Shown here: positions 51,666 through 61,058 of the stretch, piece after piece | Position numbering within the stretch: the stretch's first letter is position 1 | Layout of the letters: each line of letters opens with the position of its first letter | Source of the DNA: Nitrospirota bacterium | GTDB taxonomy: Bacteria > Nitrospirota > Thermodesulfovibrionia > Thermodesulfovibrionales > JdFR-88 | DNA: 64,000 nt | Direction of reading: 5' to 3' | Assembly: GCA_021813405.1 (NCBI GenBank) | Contig: JAKAKS010000024.1 | Span: forward strand, 53,642 to 117,641 | Made by a program: the position numbers and the translations under genes | Notes under the pieces: model-generated | The model's database searches: none | What the model was told of the DNA's origin: nothing | The model's input: the letters and a program-made list of their open reading frames with translations, nothing else

Positions 51666-53576
51666 TCACCTCCTGGAGTTTATTTCGTCTTTCAGTAATT
51701 TAATGAAGCCGGGCACGCTGACAGACACTGTCTCCTCGCCCCCGCGTTTCCGTACGGAGAGCGAGCCGCCCCCTTCGGACATTTCCTTGTCGCCTATTAT
51801 AACCGAATACGGCGTTTTTCGCACTGCCGCTTCCCTTATTTTATAGCCGATCTTCTCATTTTCAAGGTTTGTTTCCACGCGGATACCCTCCTCAGCCAGT
51901 TCCCCGGCTATTTTCCTGGCGAATTCCGCATGGCGTTCCGCTATGGTAAGCACTGCCACCTGCACGGGGGCAAGCCATAACGGGAAGGCCCCGGCATAAT
52001 GCTCCACCAGAATACCAAAGAACCGCTCCAGTGAGCCCATGAGCGCCCTGTGGATCATTATGGGCCTGTGCTCCTTGCCGTCGCTGCCCCGGTACAGCAC
52101 ATCGAACCGCTCAGGGTTGTTGAAATCCACCTGTATCGTGCTGCACTGCCAGGCCCTGCCAAGCGAGTCTTTTACCTTTATGTCTATTTTGGGGCCATAG
52201 AATGCGCCCCCGCCGTCGTCCACCTGGTAGGCAAGCCCTTTGTGCTCCAGCGCCATCCTGAGGGCCGACGTGGATTTTTCCCATACGTCTTCGCCTCCAA
52301 CGTACTTTTCCGGCCTGGTGGAAAGGTAAATGTCATAACTTTCAAAGCCGAAAGTGCCCAGTACGAAAATCACGAAATCCAGTATCCGCCGCACCTCGTC
52401 TTCTATCTGGTCCTCCCTGGCAAACACATGGGCGTCGTCCTGGGTAAATCCGCGGACGCGCAACAGGCCATGGAGCACGCCTGAACGCTCGAACCGGTAA
52501 ACCGTGCCAAGCTCGGCGTACCGGACCGGCAGATCCCGGTAGCTTTTAAGCGAGTTCTTGTATACGAATATATGGAAAGGACAGTTCATAGGCTTTATTT
52601 CATAGGGGACGCCTTCCACTTCCATAGGGGAATACATGTTCTCCCTGTAGAAGTCCCAGTGGCCGCTCTGTTTCCATAAATCCACTTTGGCTATATGGGG
52701 AGAATACAAGAGCTTATAGCCTGCCTTCAGGTGCTCGGAACGCCAAAAGTCCTCTATTGTTTTCCTTATAATAGCGCCGTTTGGGTGCCAGAGGATCAGG
52801 CCGGGGCCGACGTCCTCGCTTATGCTGAACAGATCCAGTTCCTTGCCAAGTCTGCGGTGGTCCCTCTTTTTTACCTCTTCCAGGAAGGCCAGGTACTTGT
52901 CCAAATCCTTTTTATTGTCGAAGGAAGTCCCGTAGATGCGCTGGAGCATTTTCCTTTTTTCGTCCCCGCGCCAGTAGGCGCCAGCCACGGAGAGCAATTT
53001 TACCGCCTTTATCCGTTTGGCCGACGGCACATGAGGCCCGCGGCACAGGTCTGCAAAGCCGCCTTCCTCGTAAAGGGAGACGGTATCGTCGGGTATCTCT
53101 TCCAGAAGCTCAACCTTGTAATTCTCCCCCATGGAACGAAACAGCTCCATGGCCTCGCCCCTGGGTATATCTTTCCTTACAAACGGATTGCCCTGCTTTA
53201 TTATCTCTTCCATCTTTTTTTCGATAAGCGCAAGGTCCTCCACGGTGAATGGCCTGTCTATATCGAAATCATAATAGAAGCCTTCCTCAATCGCCGGGCC
53301 AATGGCCAGCCTGGCCTCCGGGAACAGCTCCTTTACGGCATGCGCAAGCAGATGGGACGTGCTGTGCCTGTATATGCTTTTGCCTTCATCGGAGGAGAAT
53401 GAGATGCCGGTGAGAGGCCCTGCGGAAATACCACCTTCCTTTATAGAGGAAATGTCCGCCGCCGCGCCATCCGCCAGCACGGCAAATGCGCCTCTTTCAA
53501 GAAGCAATTTCCTGGCTTCTTCCGGGCCTGCGGCCTCAAATTGCTTCCCTTCTATTTCAACCTTTATAGACAACAA
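51666..53576 (-). CDS. thrS: Threonine--tRNA ligase
   Basis: TGS N-terminus, editing domain, class II core and anticodon-binding domain; 636 aa. Confidence 0.95.
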   Translation of the reverse strand: MLSIKVEIEGKQFEAAGPEEARKLLLERGAFAVLADGAAADISSIKEGGISAGPLTGISFSSDEGKSIYRHSTSHLLAHAVKELFPEARLAIGPAIEEGFYYDFDIDRPFTVEDLALIEKKMEEIIKQGNPFVRKDIPRGEAMELFRSMGENYKVELLEEIPDDTVSLYEEGGFADLCRGPHVPSAKRIKAVKLLSVAGAYWRGDEKRKMLQRIYGTSFDNKKDLDKYLAFLEEVKKRDHRRLGKELDLFSISEDVGPGLILWHPNGAIIRKTIEDFWRSEHLKAGYKLLYSPHIAKVDLWKQSGHWDFYRENMYSPMEVEGVPYEIKPMNCPFHIFVYKNSLKSYRDLPVRYAELGTVYRFERSGVLHGLLRVRGFTQDDAHVFAREDQIEDEVRRILDFVIFVLGTFGFESYDIYLSTRPEKYVGGEDVWEKSTSALRMALEHKGLAYQVDDGGGAFYGPKIDIKVKDSLGRAWQCSTIQVDFNNPERFDVLYRGSDGKEHRPIMIHRALMGSLERFFGILVEHYAGAFPLWLAPVQVAVLTIAERHAEFARKIAGELAEEGIRVETNLENEKIGYKIREAAVRKTPYSVIIGDKEMSEGGGSLSVRKRGGEETVSVSVPGFIKLLKDEINSRR

Positions 53577-53672
53577 GTCCTCCCAAAGGATTACGAGTTA
53601 AAAAGAGTTATATTATAAGCTTTTAAGCGATTTTTTCAAGAATACCCCCGTTTTTAATGGCCTTCCGGTTTC

Positions 53673-53693
53673 AGAACCTGTAAGGCAGGTCCT
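53673..53693. repeat. Isolated pair of MITE-type terminal repeats (hairpin)
   Basis: AGAACCTGT (53673-53681), aag, GCAGGTCCT (53685-53693). The arms match the 5' end of copy A and the 3' end of copy B. Confidence 0.3.
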
Positions 53694-53712
53694 AATATGT
53701 TATTCTTTTTTG

Positions 53713-54825
53713 ATGTCTGAAAGGTCATATATGAAACGGGCCCTGGCGCTTGCCAGGAAAGGGGCTGGGCAGACAAGCCCAAACCCCATGGTGGGGGCCG
53801 TAGTGGTCAAAAACGGCAGGGTAATTGCCGAAGGTTATCACGAGCGCGCCGGGAAGCCTCATGCCGAGGCGGTGGCGCTTGAGCGCGCCGGCAAGCAGGC
53901 AAAAGGCGCTGAACTATATGTGAATTTGGAGCCCTGCTGCCATACAAAGAAAAGAACCCCTCCATGCGTGGGGGCAATAATCGGGGCAGGTATCAGGAAA
54001 GTGGTTGCCGCAATGGCGGACCCCAACCCCAGCGTTTCAGGCAAGGGGTTCGAAGCGTTAAGGGCGGCGGGCGTAGAAGTGGCATCCGGAGTGCTCGAAC
54101 GCGAGGCCAGGACGCTTAACGAGGCCTACATAAAATTCATTCAGACCGGCCTTCCTTTTGTGACATTAAAATCGGCGATGACGCTGGACGGCAGAATAGC
54201 CACCAGCACATGCGAATCCAAATGGATAACCGGGCAGGAAGCCAGTCGTCTGGTCCATAAGCTTCGCATGGAGGTGGATGCCGTGCTTACTGCGGTTGGC
54301 ACGGTGAAAGCGGATGATCCGCAGCTAACTTGCAGGCTGGACACGGCGGACCTGGAATTAGCTGGCAGACAAACGGCCAGGGACCCTATAAGGGTTGTAA
54401 TAGACCCGGACCTTGAGAGCCCGCCCGGGTCTAGAATTTTCAAGACGCCCCCGCAGACTATTCTGGTTTCCCGGAAGCCCGTGCTGCAATGGGTGAAAAA
54501 TTCCGGAGTAAAATTTCTCAAGGCCGGCCAGAAGGAAATTCCGCTCCCCTGGCTGATGGCGGAGCTTGGGCGCATGGGGATTACAAGCGTGCTTATCGAG
54601 GGTGGCGCATCCCTGAATGCCAGGGCCATCGAGCAGGGGGTAGTGGACAAGGTGGCGCTCTTTTACGCACCTAGCATAATGGGAGGAATGCAATCAGTTC
54701 CGGCGTTTGGAGGCAAGGGGGCCGCCAGCCTTGCTGACATGGCCAGGATAAAATCGGTATCCATCAAGAAGGCGGGCAAGGACATCATTTTAACAGGATA
54801 CGTTGACCTGCAAAATAAAGATTAA
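53713..54825 (+). CDS. ribD: Bifunctional diaminohydroxyphosphoribosylaminopyrimidine deaminase / 5-amino-6-(5-phosphoribosylamino)uracil reductase
   Basis: Deaminase zinc motif HAE...PCxH...PPC plus a C-terminal reductase domain. Confidence 0.9.
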   Translation: MSERSYMKRALALARKGAGQTSPNPMVGAVVVKNGRVIAEGYHERAGKPHAEAVALERAGKQAKGAELYVNLEPCCHTKKRTPPCVGAIIGAGIRKVVAAMADPNPSVSGKGFEALRAAGVEVASGVLEREARTLNEAYIKFIQTGLPFVTLKSAMTLDGRIATSTCESKWITGQEASRLVHKLRMEVDAVLTAVGTVKADDPQLTCRLDTADLELAGRQTARDPIRVVIDPDLESPPGSRIFKTPPQTILVSRKPVLQWVKNSGVKFLKAGQKEIPLPWLMAELGRMGITSVLIEGGASLNARAIEQGVVDKVALFYAPSIMGGMQSVPAFGGKGAASLADMARIKSVSIKKAGKDIILTGYVDLQNKD

Positions 54826-54900
54826 CTCTTCAGGCTTGTTGCTTTCCAGCGTACCCCCGGTTGTATGACCTGCATCATAAAAATTCCAATCCGGCGTATG

Positions 54901-54930
54901 TAGAATCTAGCTATAACGCCATCTGGCTGC
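54901..54930 (+). repeat. Partial copy (5' module only) of the MITE-like repeat
   Basis: TAGAATCTAGCTATAACGCCATCTGGCTGC versus copy A TAGAACCTGTCTCAAAACTGCTTCTGGCTGC. About 22 of 31 positions match with one gap. The last 9 nt (TCTGGCTGC) are identical. Confidence 0.4.
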
Positions 54931-54944
54931 CGGAGGATTGTTAA

Positions 54945-55124
54945 ATGGACTGCTTGAGATGCGAAAAGATATCCAGGGACGATTTACGGGAGGCGCTTCG
55001 CGCAATGGAAAACTACATCGACATAACCGAGGAAGACCTGCTTTTGATTTACGAAAAAGCATATGAAATCTGCAAAAGGAAAATGGCCGGCGGAACAATA
55101 TCGGGCCTGGGTGATTTAAAATGA
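54945..55124 (+). CDS. Small hypothetical protein (59 aa) translationally coupled to the HPP gene
   Basis: GGAGG Shine-Dalgarno sequence 8 nt upstream, and an ATGA overlap with the HPP start. Sequence MDCLRCEKISRDDLREALRAMENYIDITEEDLLLIYEKAYEICKRK.... It is below the ORF-track cutoff. Confidence 0.45.
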   Translation: MDCLRCEKISRDDLREALRAMENYIDITEEDLLLIYEKAYEICKRKMAGGTISGLGDLK

Positions 55125-55660
55125 GGGATTTCTTTAGCAAAATGAGAGGCGGGGCAAAAAGCCCGCCCGCCGTCCATATAAAAGAGATATGGTGGTCTAT
55201 CCTGGGTTCGTCCCTGGGGATAGGCGCTTGCGCTTGGCTTTCGTCAAATTATTTCCAGCCACGGGACACGTCTTTGCTGATTGGCTCCTTTGGGGCTTCC
55301 GCGGTGCTAATCTATGCGGCCATTAAAAGCCCCCTTGCGCAGCCAAGAAACCTTCTTGGGGGGCATTTCATATCCGGGCTTATAGGTGTTGCGTGCTATC
55401 ACATGTTCGGGGGCACTCTCTGGTTTGCGGCAGCGGCCGCCGTATCGCTGGCAATCGGAGCCATGCTTACAACCAAAACGCTTCATCCGCCCGGTGGCGC
55501 CACAGCCCTGATAGCCGTTATCGGCGGCGCCAAGGTGCACAAACTGGGTTATTTTTACGCCCTCTGCCCGGCGTTATTGGGGGCTTTGGTGTTGTTGCTT
55601 ATAGCGCTGGTGGTAAATAATCTTGCGGAAAGCAGAAGTTACCCGGAGTATTGGGTTTAG
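55121..55660 (+). CDS. HPP-family integral membrane protein
   Basis: Four TM helices with GASAVLIY ... AQPRN..GGH ... HPPGGATAL signature. Confidence 0.85.
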   Translation: MRDFFSKMRGGAKSPPAVHIKEIWWSILGSSLGIGACAWLSSNYFQPRDTSLLIGSFGASAVLIYAAIKSPLAQPRNLLGGHFISGLIGVACYHMFGGTLWFAAAAAVSLAIGAMLTTKTLHPPGGATALIAVIGGAKVHKLGYFYALCPALLGALVLLLIALVVNNLAESRSYPEYWV

Positions 55661-55858
55661 AACCTTTCTAAAAATAGCTTTTGGCTGCAAGAGTGGCCTC
55701 CGAAAAGCTTTGGCTTTTTGGGGCAGAAGAAACTGAAAACGCGGCATACCGCGTAATCAAGGGGGGAATCGTCCTCACCGGGCAATTTCCCCTTTCTTCC
55801 TCGTCTCCTACGATTTCCTCTCTCTTTAGCTTAAAAGTCTATTTTGAGGCAGGTCCTT
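55658..55858 (+). repeat. MITE-like intergenic repeat, copy B
   Basis: Starts with the HPP stop codon TAG. The 5' 32 nt match copy A at 27 of 32 positions. It shares the hairpin GGGGGGAATCG...CAATTTCCCC followed by TTTCTTCC (55761-55800), the ACGATTTCCTCT module, and the degenerate 3' arm GCAGGTCCT (55849-55857). Confidence 0.7.
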
Positions 55859-55906
55859 GTTAAAGATGCTGGGGACGGGTGACCTGGAGTTTAAAATCTT
55901 TGGTTT

Positions 55907-56245
55907 TTATTTAAGGATTTCTTTGAGCACCGCGGCATTTGCATGCTCGGCGTCTTTTGCAGCAAAGACAAGTGTAACAGTGCCACTTGCCGCCTCTGAT
56001 TTCAGCTTTTTAACCAGCTCCGGTTTAGTTTTGAGTTCGCTCTTATATTTTTTTCTGAACTCTTCCCATTTGGCCGGGTCATGAGCGTACCATTTGCGCA
56101 ATTCGGCGCTTGGGGCTATCTCCCTCATCCACTCGTCTATATGCGCGCTAGCCTTCTTTATTCCCCTTGGCCACAGCCCGTCCACCAGAATGCGCTTGCC
56201 GTCATCCGGAGAAAACGGATCATATGCCCGCTTCATCTTTATCAT
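55907..56245 (-). CDS. DUF488 (YeaO-like) family protein
   Basis: MKRAYDP...[14 protein letters not shown]...W.KEIAPS..LRKW..H pattern. Confidence 0.8.
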   Translation of the reverse strand: MIKMKRAYDPFSPDDGKRILVDGLWPRGIKKASAHIDEWMREIAPSAELRKWYAHDPAKWEEFRKKYKSELKTKPELVKKLKSEAASGTVTLVFAAKDAEHANAAVLKEILK

Positions 56246-56298
56246 TTTACAAAACTATCACACAGGACGGTTATGTCAACCTATCGGGCCAGATTTGG

Positions 56299-57567
56299 TT
56301 AAAAAATCCCAATCGGAGCGGTTATCTTCAGCATGACATTCCAGGAATACAGGTTCCGGGTCCTTGATACCTCGTCCATGCCTGCCCCCGCGGATGGCGT
56401 GATAATAATTTTCCCTTTTACCATAGCGTAAGACATATCCACCCGCCCATGCGACAGGCCGCACCAGTCTTGTCTGAAATCCGTATTGAACGCCAAATTC
56501 GAAGTATTGGAGAACTTTTGATTATAGCCGGCCAGCAGTTCATATGCCTTAAGCGGGCCAAATTCCGTTAGCCTGAGTGTTAAATTGGTACTGGCTGCGG
56601 GGCTGGGACGCCAGGCCATTCCACCCTCATATACGTACTGGGATAATCTGCTTGCGGAATTCCCGTTCTTTGTGACGGAGCCGGTCAGGTCAAATTTCGG
56701 GGTCAGGTGGTAGCTTGCAGCCGCGGTTATCAGGTCATTGTAATTTGTTGACGGCATATACCGGCTCCACGGACTGAGGCCGTTATATGTAATATTCAGG
56801 CTGTATTTGCCGGAGATGTTCAGTTTTTTCAGGGGATTAGAGTTTGCAAACAGCGTAATGCCTGCCGGTATAAAATTGCCGGGCAGATACCCGCCCTGTA
56901 TCTGGATTCCAGCTGTGGTTTTATCGAATTGCCGGGTGGTAAAGCGCGTGATTGCGTTAAAAGTATACAGCCGTTTGCCGGGGTTCATTTTGGCTCCCTC
57001 CGGCAGGCTGTAATTGCCGGACAGGTTATAAAACACGGAACCGATGCCTTTAATGACCTTGGTTTTGGAAGCAGATCTGCCCCAGAAATCGGGTTCGTTA
57101 TTTGCCGTGTACGGCGTATAGGGTTGATTTAGCCCAGGGCGGAGGTCCGTCTGGTTCCTGAACAGGATATCGAATTCCGGCCCCTGGCTGCCTGATGTTA
57201 TAACAGCCCCGCTGAAACGGTGCTGGCTGTCAGGCGCCCCTGCGCTTGAATCTAAATAGCCTGCGCCAGCGGCACTGTTTGTGATGCTGGGGGGTTCCGC
57301 CTGGTTTTCAGGTACATTGCCGCCGGGGATGTTGCCCAATATTCCAACTGCCTCCTCCAGTTCCTTATATCCCATGCCGTAATAGAAAATGCTTTTAAAT
57401 TGCAGAGATGGCCGTGCGGCTGTTGGCGCAGGCAGCTCAATCGGGGTATCGGAGGCGGCGGGGGTGGCAAGGCGGAATTCCCCTATGGCAGCTTTCGCTT
57501 TCACGGGTAATATGAAGAGCGCCGCAAACAGTACTGATGATATGACAGCTTTACAGGGTGATACCAT
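56299..57567 (-). CDS. Hypothetical outer-membrane beta-barrel protein
   Basis: Signal peptide (LFAALFILPVKAKA), Tyr/Gly/Asn/Ser-rich alternating strands, and a C-terminal ...APIGIF. Confidence 0.5.
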   Translation of the reverse strand: MVSPCKAVISSVLFAALFILPVKAKAAIGEFRLATPAASDTPIELPAPTAARPSLQFKSIFYYGMGYKELEEAVGILGNIPGGNVPENQAEPPSITNSAAGAGYLDSSAGAPDSQHRFSGAVITSGSQGPEFDILFRNQTDLRPGLNQPYTPYTANNEPDFWGRSASKTKVIKGIGSVFYNLSGNYSLPEGAKMNPGKRLYTFNAITRFTTRQFDKTTAGIQIQGGYLPGNFIPAGITLFANSNPLKKLNISGKYSLNITYNGLSPWSRYMPSTNYNDLITAAASYHLTPKFDLTGSVTKNGNSASRLSQYVYEGGMAWRPSPAASTNLTLRLTEFGPLKAYELLAGYNQKFSNTSNLAFNTDFRQDWCGLSHGRVDMSYAMVKGKIIITPSAGAGMDEVSRTRNLYSWNVMLKITAPIGIF

Positions 57568-57708
57568 AAAACCAAGAAATTATCTTTACAGCGAGGTTTT
57601 TAAGGACTACTTATGTCAGTTCTGTTTACTTTCACATATATGAGAGGGAAGGGTCTGTAATCCAGGTCACAGGGGCGGCCCTTCTTTCCAGTGCTGCAAT
57701 GCGTTAAA

Positions 57709-60000
57709 ATGTCCGCAATGGGACGGATCTCGATCAGAATTTCGGGGGTGGTCCAGGGAGTGGGTTTCCGCCCCTATGTTTACCGGCTTGCACGCCAGAT
57801 GAGGCTTAAAGGAACGGTACAAAACGGCCCGGACGGTGTCCTGATAGAGATTGAAGGCGGATTCCCGGAGGATTTTATCGAGAGGCTCAGAGCCGGCGCG
57901 CCTCCATTGGCCCAAATAAACGGGGTTGTAATTGAAAAAATGACCCAGGGTGGCAATTTTTATAAAGATTTCAGGATTATTGAAAGCAGTCATGATGGCG
58001 GTTTTTCCACCCCTGTAAGCGCGGATATCACAATATGCCCGGACTGCCTGAGAGAACTGGCAGACCCTGAGGACAGGCGTTATCTCTATCCCTTTATCAA
58101 CTGCACCAATTGCGGCCCGCGCTACAGCATCGTAAAGGAAATACCTTATGACCGCATGAATACAACCATGTCCGCCTTCAATATGTGCCCCGATTGCAAG
58201 GCCGAATATACGGACCCGGCCAACAGGAGGTTTCATGCGGAGCCTGTTGCCTGCCCTGTCTGCGGCCCATCGCTTTCGATAGAGCCAGAATTATATGGGA
58301 ACTCTTCCAAAGACAATATCTCACTGGCTATAAAAGAGCTGAAGGCCGGCGGGATAATCGCCTTAAAAGGGCTTGGCGGGTTTCATCTGGCCTGTGACGC
58401 ATCAAACGGCGCCGTGGTGGCCGGGCTCAGGCGCAGAAAGAAAAGAGGCAACAAGCCCTTTGCATTGATGGCGCGCTCCGTAACTGAGATAAAGAAGTTC
58501 TGCCATGTGTCCACAGAGGAAGAAAAAAAACTCTGCTCGCCTGAAGGGCCTGTTGTGCTGTTAAGGAAGAAGGATGCTTGCTGCCTGCCGCCGGACATCG
58601 CGCCCGGCAATAGGTGGTTTGGGTTCATGCTCCCTTATACACCGCTTCACTGGCTTCTGTTCAATCATGAGGAATCGGGCGGTATGGACGTGCTGGTAAT
58701 GACAAGCGGCAACCTTTCTGAAGAGCCAATTGTAATTGATAATGGCGAAGCCGTTAAAAAACTTTCGGGCATTGCGGACCGCTTTGTCCTTCATAACAGG
58801 GAAATCCATGCCAGGGTGGACGACTCGGTTGTATACAGCTCACCCGGCGGGCACTTCTCTTTTTTAAGACGGTCGAGAGGATATGCGCCCTGCCACATTG
58901 CATTAGGCAGGTGCGGCCCGCAGGTAATGGGAGCCGGCGGAGACATGAAAAACACTTTCACGCTGGCAAAGGACGCCATGGCTATAGTTAGCCAGCACAT
59001 AGGGGACATGGAAAATCCCCATGCCCATGCGTTCTATCTGGAAACGCTCGATAAATTGAAGCGGCTGTTCAGGGTGCAGCCCCAAGCTATCGCTTACGAT
59101 ATGCATCCGGCATATCATTCTTCCAGCCTGGCTCTTGGTTTGGATATCCCGGAAAAGATAGCCGTGCAGCACCACCATGCGCATATCGCTTCCGTTTTGG
59201 CGGAGTCAGGGCATTCCGGCAAGGTGATTGGTGTGGCGCTGGACGGAACAGGATATGGTCCGGACGGCACATTGTGGGGTGGAGAATTCCTTATAGCCGA
59301 TGCCCTGGATTTCAAGCGGGCCGCCCACTTTAAAACCATTCCCCTTTCTGGCGGAGAAGCCGCGATAAAGGAGCCGTGGCGGGCGGCGATTGGTCTTTTG
59401 AGTTCAGCCTTTCCGGAAGATGAAGCCATTGCGCTTGCGTTAAAGGCGGGCATTACAGGCAAACATTCAGAGGCGGAAATGAAAAAAGTTATGGCTGTTG
59501 CCAAAAGGCCCGAACTGTCGCCACTCTCATCGGGGGCCGGAAGGCTGTTTGAGGCATTCTCTTCAGTGCTGGGCCTGGTGGATAAAAATACCTTTGAGGC
59601 GGAGGCCGCCATAGCCCTTGAAAGCATAGCAGAAGACATGGAAGGTGAATATGATTATTATATTGACGGGATGGGTGCGCTGGATTTCTCCATGGCTTTC
59701 AAGCAGGCTATAAACGAAAAGGCGGCTGGGGGCAGGGCGGCTGCCGTCTCGGCAAAATTCCATAATACGGTGGCGCGGGCCGTGGCGGAGACCGCGCTAA
59801 GGCTTTCCGCTGAAACCGGCATAATGCATATAGCTTTAAGCGGTGGGGTGTTTCATAACAGGATATTGCTTGAAGGCGTGTTGAAGTGGCTTTCCAAAGC
59901 CGGAGGGGTTCACGTTCTGACCAACAGGCTTGTGCCGCCCGGCGACGGCGGGATAAGCCTTGGGCAGGCGCTTATAGCCAGGGAAAGGCTGATGCGATGA
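57709..60000 (+). CDS. hypF: Carbamoyltransferase HypF
   Basis: Acylphosphatase domain (GVVQGVGFRPYVYRLA), two zinc-finger pairs (CPDC...CTNCGPRYS; CPDC...CPVCGP), and YrdC and Kae1-like domains. Confidence 0.9.
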   Translation: MSAMGRISIRISGVVQGVGFRPYVYRLARQMRLKGTVQNGPDGVLIEIEGGFPEDFIERLRAGAPPLAQINGVVIEKMTQGGNFYKDFRIIESSHDGGFSTPVSADITICPDCLRELADPEDRRYLYPFINCTNCGPRYSIVKEIPYDRMNTTMSAFNMCPDCKAEYTDPANRRFHAEPVACPVCGPSLSIEPELYGNSSKDNISLAIKELKAGGIIALKGLGGFHLACDASNGAVVAGLRRRKKRGNKPFALMARSVTEIKKFCHVSTEEEKKLCSPEGPVVLLRKKDACCLPPDIAPGNRWFGFMLPYTPLHWLLFNHEESGGMDVLVMTSGNLSEEPIVIDNGEAVKKLSGIADRFVLHNREIHARVDDSVVYSSPGGHFSFLRRSRGYAPCHIALGRCGPQVMGAGGDMKNTFTLAKDAMAIVSQHIGDMENPHAHAFYLETLDKLKRLFRVQPQAIAYDMHPAYHSSSLALGLDIPEKIAVQHHHAHIASVLAESGHSGKVIGVALDGTGYGPDGTLWGGEFLIADALDFKRAAHFKTIPLSGGEAAIKEPWRAAIGLLSSAFPEDEAIALALKAGITGKHSEAEMKKVMAVAKRPELSPLSSGAGRLFEAFSSVLGLVDKNTFEAEAAIALESIAEDMEGEYDYYIDGMGALDFSMAFKQAINEKAAGGRAAAVSAKFHNTVARAVAETALRLSAETGIMHIALSGGVFHNRILLEGVLKWLSKAGGVHVLTNRLVPPGDGGISLGQALIARERLMR

Positions 60001-61058
60001 AGCGGCTTCAGGACGGGATAAACAAGCTGCTGGATAAAATAGGACGGCCTGTTAAATTCATGGAGGTCTGCGGCACTCATACCGTTGCGATCTTCCGGCA
60101 CGGCATAAGAGGGCTTTTCCCTGGCATCAGTTTCATATCGGGGCCGGGCTGCCCGGTTTGCGTTACTTCGCGAAGGGACATCGATAACGCCATTCTGATA
60201 GCGCGCCAGCCTGATGTTGCTCTTTTTACATTTGGCGACATGATGCGTGTGCCAGGCTCGTTAGGGTCTTTAAACCGGGCCAGCGCTGAGGGGGCGGATG
60301 TAAGGGTGGTCTATTCACCGATTGATGCTGTGAATGCAGCTGCAAATGAACAGGGCAGGAAGGTAGTATTTTTTGCCACCGGATTCGAAACTACAATCCC
60401 CCTTGTTGCCGCTGCCATGGAAACCGCCCGCTCGTCGGGGCTGGACAATTTTTATATATACTCTGTCCACAAGCTGGTGCCGCCGGCATTAAGAGCACTA
60501 ATGATGGATGGCCTGGTTAGCCTGGACGGGTTTATATTGCCAGGGCATGTAAGCGCAATTATCGGCCCCGCCCCTTACGGGTTCATCGCCCGGCAATTCC
60601 ACATTCCTGCGGTGGTAACAGGATTTGAGGCACAGGAAATAATGGAAGGTGTGCTTATGCTTCTTTCGCAGATAATAGCCGGCAGGGCCGCCGTGGAGGT
60701 GGCATATAAAAAAGCTGTTCCGGATTCAGGCAATCCCAGGGCCCTGACGTTGATTGACGGATACTTCGAGCCTTGCGATGCCGAGTGGAGAGGTATTGGG
60801 GTTATCCCCGCAAGCGGGCTAAGGCTGAAAAAGAAATGGGCGCTTATGGATGCGGAAAAGGTCTTCCGCCCGGAGACGCCTTCATCTGTGGATTTGCAGG
60901 GATGTTCCTGCGGTGAGATTTTAAGGGGGCTGAAGCTGCCAACGGAGTGTAAGCTTTTCGGGACAGGCTGCACGCCGGACCATCCGGTAGGCGCGTGCAT
61001 GGTGAGCACGGAGGGGAGCTGCGCCGCTTACTATAAATACGGAGGGCCGCGTGGATAA
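59997..61058 (+). CDS. hypD: Hydrogenase maturation factor HypD
   Basis: ATGA overlap with hypF. Motifs CGTHT, GPGCPVCV, GFETT and PGHVS. Confidence 0.9.
   Translation: MKRLQDGINKLLDKIGRPVKFMEVCGTHTVAIFRHGIRGLFPGISFISGPGCPVCVTSRRDIDNAILIARQPDVALFTFGDMMRVPGSLGSLNRASAEGADVRVVYSPIDAVNAAANEQGRKVVFFATGFETTIPLVAAAMETARSSGLDNFYIYSVHKLVPPALRALMMDGLVSLDGFILPGHVSAIIGPAPYGFIARQFHIPAVVTGFEAQEIMEGVLMLLSQIIAGRAAVEVAYKKAVPDSGNPRALTLIDGYFEPCDAEWRGIGVIPASGLRLKKKWALMDAEKVFRPETPSSVDLQGCSCGEILRGLKLPTECKLFGTGCTPDHPVGACMVSTEGSCAAYYKYGGPRG

Noticed and set aside
53577-53712. FMN (RFN) riboswitch upstream of ribD
   Set aside because: The spacer is only about 130 nt, is AT-rich, and lacks the conserved RFN core segments that I know of.
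54907-55140. 77-aa minus-strand ORF
   Set aside because: The opposite strand carries a better-supported 59-codon ORF with a Shine-Dalgarno sequence and ATGA coupling to the HPP gene.
54901-55858. Integron gene cassette with attC sites
   Set aside because: There is no GTTRRRY/RYYYAAC core pair at the repeat ends and no intI-like integrase nearby. The upstream copy carries the 5' module, not the 3' remnant expected in a cassette array.
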